Part shown: positions 9,581 through 13,514 of the stretch, in pieces | Layout of the letters: every line of letters begins with the position of its first letter | How positions within the stretch are numbered: the stretch's first letter is position 1 | DNA from: Azolla caroliniana | Taxonomy: Eukaryota > Plantae > Polypodiophyta | Direction of reading: 5' to 3' | DNA length: 13,514 bases | Assembly: GCA_043228905.1 (NCBI GenBank) | Contig: JBHGNT010000945.1 | Location: 1-13,514 of the forward strand | The notes under the pieces: model-generated | The model's input: only the letters and a program-made list of their open reading frames with translations | Told to the model about the DNA's origin: nothing | The model's database searches: none | Position numbers and translations under genes: made by a program

Positions 9581-10309
9581 TGTCGTGCCTTTCGGCTCCG
9601 GATCGTTTGCGTGAGTCGGGTGGGAACCACTGGGGTTTTGGACTAGGAAGAGGAGAGTTTTAAGGCTAATAAGAATATAAATATGTTGTAAGAAAGAGTT
9701 ATAGCAAACTCGTGAATCCCACGAGTGTATTGTATTAGATTAATCAATATGAATATAAGAATATAAACTTCGGTTGAAAGAGAATGATATAGAATTCTCG
9801 TGAATCCCACGAGTATAGTTTATTAATTGGTGTTTTTTAGAAACATATCTAGTTTCCAAATATTTTTCACACACAATTACATTGTGCTCCCCATCCTTAT
9901 GTAGTGATGAGGAAGTCTTAGTAATCCATGCTTTTTCTCTAACTATAGACCCCATGCTTTTCCTATAGATAGACTATATGCTTTATCTAAAGTGATCATG
10001 CTTTTTTCTAACTTGTGCGTTTTTTATCATGCACGCTAGATGTGTATGTGTAGCTTTTTCTTTTGTTATGCGTTTTTCTAATGTTTATCCTAGCGCGAAT
10101 TTACCTTTCTCTGTGGGACATCTATGCTTTAACACTAATGAAATGCTAGTGTAATGGTAAGACATTACATTATTAACATGGAGGTGCAAGGTTCGAATCT
10201 TGCCCTATGCATGTTCCATTTATTTTGCTATTTTCTTCTATTTCTTCATTTTTTATTGAATCTAATACTATATACGTTTTTCACGTAGTGTACAAAATAC
10301 ACTACGACA
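9581..10309 (-). repeat. 5' LTR of the nested element (729 bp)
   Basis: Near-identical to 6797-7525, with TGTCGT...ACGACA termini, followed by the PBS on the minus strand. Confidence 0.96.
10140..10212 (+). other. tRNA-derived A-box/B-box cassette inside the 5' LTR
   Basis: Identical copy of 7356-7428. A-box 10147-10157, B-box 10190-10199. Confidence 0.72.
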
Positions 10310-10313
10310 CCGT
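10310..10313. repeat. Right target-site duplication CCGT
   Basis: Follows ACGACA at 10309. Removing the element plus one CCGT restores the host gag frame. Confidence 0.9.
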
Positions 10314-11348
10314 TCGTAGAGGTTCCCAGAGCACGGCTAAGAATATAGCCCATGTTTCTTCCTCCGGAGGTGTTCGGGTAAGCTGACTGTGCATCCGTTG
10401 AAATCCGATGACAAACTGCGGAATGCTCTCCCTAGGGTCCTGCCGGATGGTATAAAATAGGCCCACCATTTCTCTCTGGTCCACCTCCTTCTGAAAGAAG
10501 TGCAAGAATTTATCTTTCAGGTCCGCAAAGGTGGTGATGGTGCTGGGGTCCTGCGTCCAGTGCCATCTGGCGGCCGGTCCTTCCAATGTCACACCAAATT
10601 TGGCTATCTTAGATCGTTTCTCTTCGGTTGTGGTTAACTGTTGTGACACATCGTTCGCCTCCCATGTTTGTTGAAAAGCGTGAACATGAGCCTCCGCGTC
10701 CGGGTCATCCCTATACTTGGGGTACTGGAACGGCATGTCGTCGTCCGGTGTCGGTACGCGAGCTGGCGGTGTCAGTGGTCTTTCTTACTGTTCCGTCGGC
10801 GTCAGAGGTCATTGCTGGTCCTCTGTTGGAGTTGGAGGTCTTTGCCGGTCTTCCTTCAGTGTTGCCGGCTCGACTTCCGGTGTCGGAGGTCTTTCTTTGT
10901 CTTCTTCTGTCTCCGGAGGTTTCTCCACGTCTAGTGCCGGAGGTTCCCGGTCTGACAATTCTGGTTCCAATGTCGGTAATGTATCCGACTCCTTGTCCTC
11001 CGGTCCTCCTGGGGTGTCGTTACTGCTGCGATAGTTCGTGTGCGCGTTGTAACCCCCTTCTGAATCCGATTCCAGCGCTGAAAATGCTTTGGATTCGCCG
11101 TCTCTTCCGGCCAAGGCCTGGAGAAGGGATTCCACTTCCCGGAGACTGCTTAAGCTGCTTCCTTCGTCTGGGTAGGCGTTTTTTTGCAGACTGAGCGACT
11201 CCTCCGCCACTTTCCGGATCACTTTGGAAAATGATCGATCCGATCGGATTTCTTTGGAAAATGATTGATCCGAAAGCCTCTCGCCGCCTTCACCGTTCAC
11301 AAATCTTCGTGCTCTCTCCGTAACCGGGTCGTCTGTTGGCCTAGTCAT
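10310..11348 (-). pseudogene. gag: Host gag, 5' part (acidic/Pro-rich leader plus retrotransposon gag capsid domain)
   Basis: ORFs 10809-11348 and 10302-10736 are in one frame. Motifs YPKYRDDPDAEAHV, TLEGPAARW, TFADLKDKFLHFF and IRQDPRESIPQFV (Q-x3-E-S major homology region-like). Confidence 0.88.
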
Positions 11349-11384
11349 CCATTCCCGCCGCTGTTCACTATGATTGTGCAGGAA

Positions 11385-11396
11385 TCGTGGTTGCCA
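11385..11396 (-). promoter_or_regulatory. Host PBS, probably tRNA-Arg(TCG) type
   Basis: Minus strand TTTT-TGGCAACCACGA just after the LTR. It resembles the complement of tRNA-Arg(TCG) 3' ends (…GTGGTYGCCA) as recalled. Confidence 0.6.
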
Positions 11397-11403
11397 AAAA
11401 CTG

Positions 11404-11824
11404 TGTTAATCCTTAGGGCCGGACAACAGCCTAACACAGGGTGTCCACTTAAGACACTTCACCAAAGGGTGTTACAGTGAGATAACTTACGACACAACGC
11501 TTAATTGGACCTTAATCGGTTACTTAGCAATACATCATTAACACGCGTAAGATATACAATAAGCACAGAACGGTGAACAATACTCAATGATTAAACAAAA
11601 GGTTTATATTACTCTCCGTTCATGACTACATTATAACCGGGCCTTTATATAGGTCACCGGTGCGAAGTACAAAACGGTGCCAACCGACACCTTTTCAGGA
11701 TCGGTCCGGATCCGGATCGGCATACCGATCCCGATCCGTCCGTCCACATCTTCTCATATATTAATATATTAAGATTAGTAATTACAACAGATGCCTCCTT
11801 AGCTTCTTTGCCGGCCGGGTAACA
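11404..11824 (-). repeat. Putative 5' LTR of the host element (~420 bp; left edge 11402 or 11404)
   Basis: TGTTA...TAACA inverted termini, adjacent PBS, internal TATA box, and an abrupt switch to minisatellite at 11825. The partner LTR is not in the window. Confidence 0.7.
11644..11651 (-). promoter_or_regulatory. TATA box of the host LTR
   Basis: Minus strand CCTATATAAAGG in the middle of the LTR, oriented toward gag. Confidence 0.65.
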
Positions 11825-12470
11825 AGAATACGATCATAGCTAACTAGCTAATGGAAATAGCTAACTAGCTACTGGTAATAGGTAATTAGCTACTCTTAAT
11901 AGGTAATAAGCTACTCTTAATAGCTAATCAGCTACTCTTAATAGCTAATTAGCTACTGGCAATAACTAAGTAGCTATTATCAACTAATTAACTACAACCT
12001 TTGCTAATTAACATCAAACTATGAGCATAGCTAACTAGCTACTAGTAATAGCTAATTAGCTATTATCAACGAATTAGCTACCACAAACGCTAATTAGCTA
12101 CATCAGAATATGATTTAGCTAACTAGCTACTAGATATAGCCAACAAGCGTGGTAAAAGTTAATTAGATATTGGTAATAGGTAATTAGCTACTCTTAATAA
12201 CTAATTAGCTACTGGTAATAACTAATTAGCTACTCTGATCATAGCTAATTAGCTACCACACTATATCTAACTAGTTATTGGTAATAGCTAATTAGCTACT
12301 CTTAATAGCTAATTAGCTACTTGTAATAGCTCATTAGCTACATCAAAATAGCTAATTAGCTACATGAGAGTATGATCATAGTTAATTAGCTACATCAAAA
12401 TAGCGAATTAGCTACACGAGAGTATGATCATAGCTAATTAGATACCACACTATATCTAATTAGCTACATC
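11825..12470. repeat. Minisatellite of ~21-bp units built on the 14-bp palindrome TAGCTAATTAGCTA (roughly 29 copies)
   Basis: Recurrent TAGCTAA(T/C)TAGCTA cores separated by short linkers such as CTCTTAA, CTGGTAA and CATCAAAA. Confidence 0.95.
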
Positions 12471-12529
12471 AGGTAGCATCAGAGTAATCACTGAACTCCC
12501 TTCATTACATAGGTAGATTTATTTATTAG

Positions 12530-13423
12530 GTTTAAGCGAATGCATCCAAATATCAAAGTTCAACTACGAACATTCGAGTATCTTAAACCACACTTTGTGA
12601 GATGCTTAAAAGATCGATACACATGTTGTTGCATTTACCATGTACAAATGACTTTTTTCAAGGACTCTGTTAATCTACTACGTCACCATAGCTCCTCCCT
12701 ACAGGATGCAATTTGCACTTGTGAGTGCCCAATTTGTCGATGTAGCCCGCAAGAGCACTGTAAATCATCAAAGCATGTTATCTCTTCCATGCATGGTCTT
12801 TTATATTCAGGATTGGGTCTACGAGAATCTTAGGCTATCTTCCACAGTTATAAATGTGTCATGGGTTTATGTCAAAATTGGAGCTATTGTTTAAACAAAA
12901 CATATATTCAGAATTGGGAGTACCATACATTGAATGATAAGGAAGCGGTGGATGGAGAAATAGAAAACAATGCTGACTTCACATATCAGGGCCGTGGAGA
13001 TACTCTACATGATGTCATAAACGTTGGGGATAATTTCATTGTAAATGCAGAAGAAGGCAATTCAAAGGGTGTTGATTTCTATATATTGAAGTGCATGGTT
13101 TGTAAACAATGCACAACACAGAATATTGTAGATGCTTGGGGAAACTTGTGGCATCTTGTACCCAAAACAAACGCGCTACTGAACTGCACTACATCCCTAT
13201 ATTCATCGTGATTCTATCTGTTGGGACATTGTATATCAAATGTATTTTTTATGCAAGACTAGATGATTACGATTATATGTATAGGCTTTTAGAAGACAAA
13301 CCAGTAGTGTACATGTACTCTCATTTGGTCAGGTGCATCGTCCCGATGTCCCAATACAATAGTTGCTCAGATTTATACACAGTTAGTGCTAATGTGCATG
13401 AATCTATTTACAACAACAGTTAG
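12530..13423 (+). pseudogene. Degenerate Cys-rich DNA-transposase-like gene fragment (tentatively Sola2-like), catalytic core apparently missing
   Basis: FKRMHPNIKV..RTFEYLKPHFV..DRYTCCCIYH. ORFs 12540-12833 and 12861-13211 are in one frame across a TAG. The frame changes near 13150-13210. Candidate splice acceptor TTATTAG/G at 12529/12530. Confidence 0.45.
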
Positions 13424-13514
13424 TCTCTAGAACTAGTGTGGGGAGAGCTCATCTTCGAGCAACCACCTTGTTGTCATTGTCCATAGCCACCTCCACCTCG
13501 ACGCCGCTATCTGT

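Larger units (their letters stand above)
6797..10309 (-). mobile_element. Complete non-autonomous gag-only LTR retrotransposon (TR-GAG-like), 3513 bp, nested in host gag
   Basis: Two 729-bp direct repeats with TGTCGT...ACGACA termini, 4-bp TSD, tRNA-Trp PBS, PPT, a single ORF, and no PR/RT/IN motifs. Confidence 0.95.
1..11824 (-). mobile_element. Decayed Ty3/Gypsy LTR retrotransposon (non-chromovirus, Athila-like architecture); 3' end lies outside the window; interrupted by a nested element at 6797-10309
   Basis: Domain order on the minus strand is LTR-PBS-gag(CCHC)-PR-RT-RH-IN-extra ORF. IN follows RH (Gypsy order). No chromodomain after IN and no additional RNase H between RH and IN were recognised. 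Confidence 0.93.

Noticed and set aside
6797-10309. Assembly artefact or host-derived duplication
   Set aside because: TSD, PBS, PPT, terminal inverted repeats, four LTR mismatches and restoration of the host frame all indicate a true insertion.
11696-11745. GATCCG/GGATCG micro-repeat cluster in the host LTR
   Set aside because: Real but short. Simple repeats upstream of an LTR TATA box are common, and no further support is visible.
11825-12470. CRISPR-like array
   Set aside because: Linkers are mostly ~7 bp and reused, repeats are degenerate, no cas genes are present, and the context is eukaryotic.
13425-13438. CTCTAGAACTAGTG resembling an XbaI-SpeI vector polylinker
   Set aside because: Only 14 nt, and the flanks do not continue the polylinker. 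Likely chance.
13437-13514. GC-richer tail starting TGTGGGG, possibly the edge of another element
   Set aside because: Too short at the window edge to support any call.

Overview
Eukaryotic, probably non-seed land-plant (inferred) repetitive DNA made of three nested mobile-element layers. (1) A decayed non-chromovirus Ty3/Gypsy LTR retrotransposon on the minus strand. It has a 5' LTR at ~11404-11824, an Arg-like PBS, a single-frame gag-PR-RT-RH-IN polyprotein from 11348 to 1982 broken by point stops, and a sense extra ORF running off the left edge. (2) A young 3513-bp gag-only LTR element (6797-10309, minus) inserted in the host gag. It has 729-bp LTRs with 4 mismatches seen, a 4-bp TSD (CCGT), an 18-nt tRNA-Trp PBS, a PPT, and one intact ORF that fills the internal region with no pol. 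Each of its LTRs carries an antisense tRNA-derived A-box/B-box cassette and conserved hairpins. (3) To the right, a palindromic TAGCTAATTAGCTA minisatellite followed by a Cys-rich, apparently internally deleted DNA-transposase-like relic, tentatively Sola2-like. Family assignments come from motif recall, not database searches.
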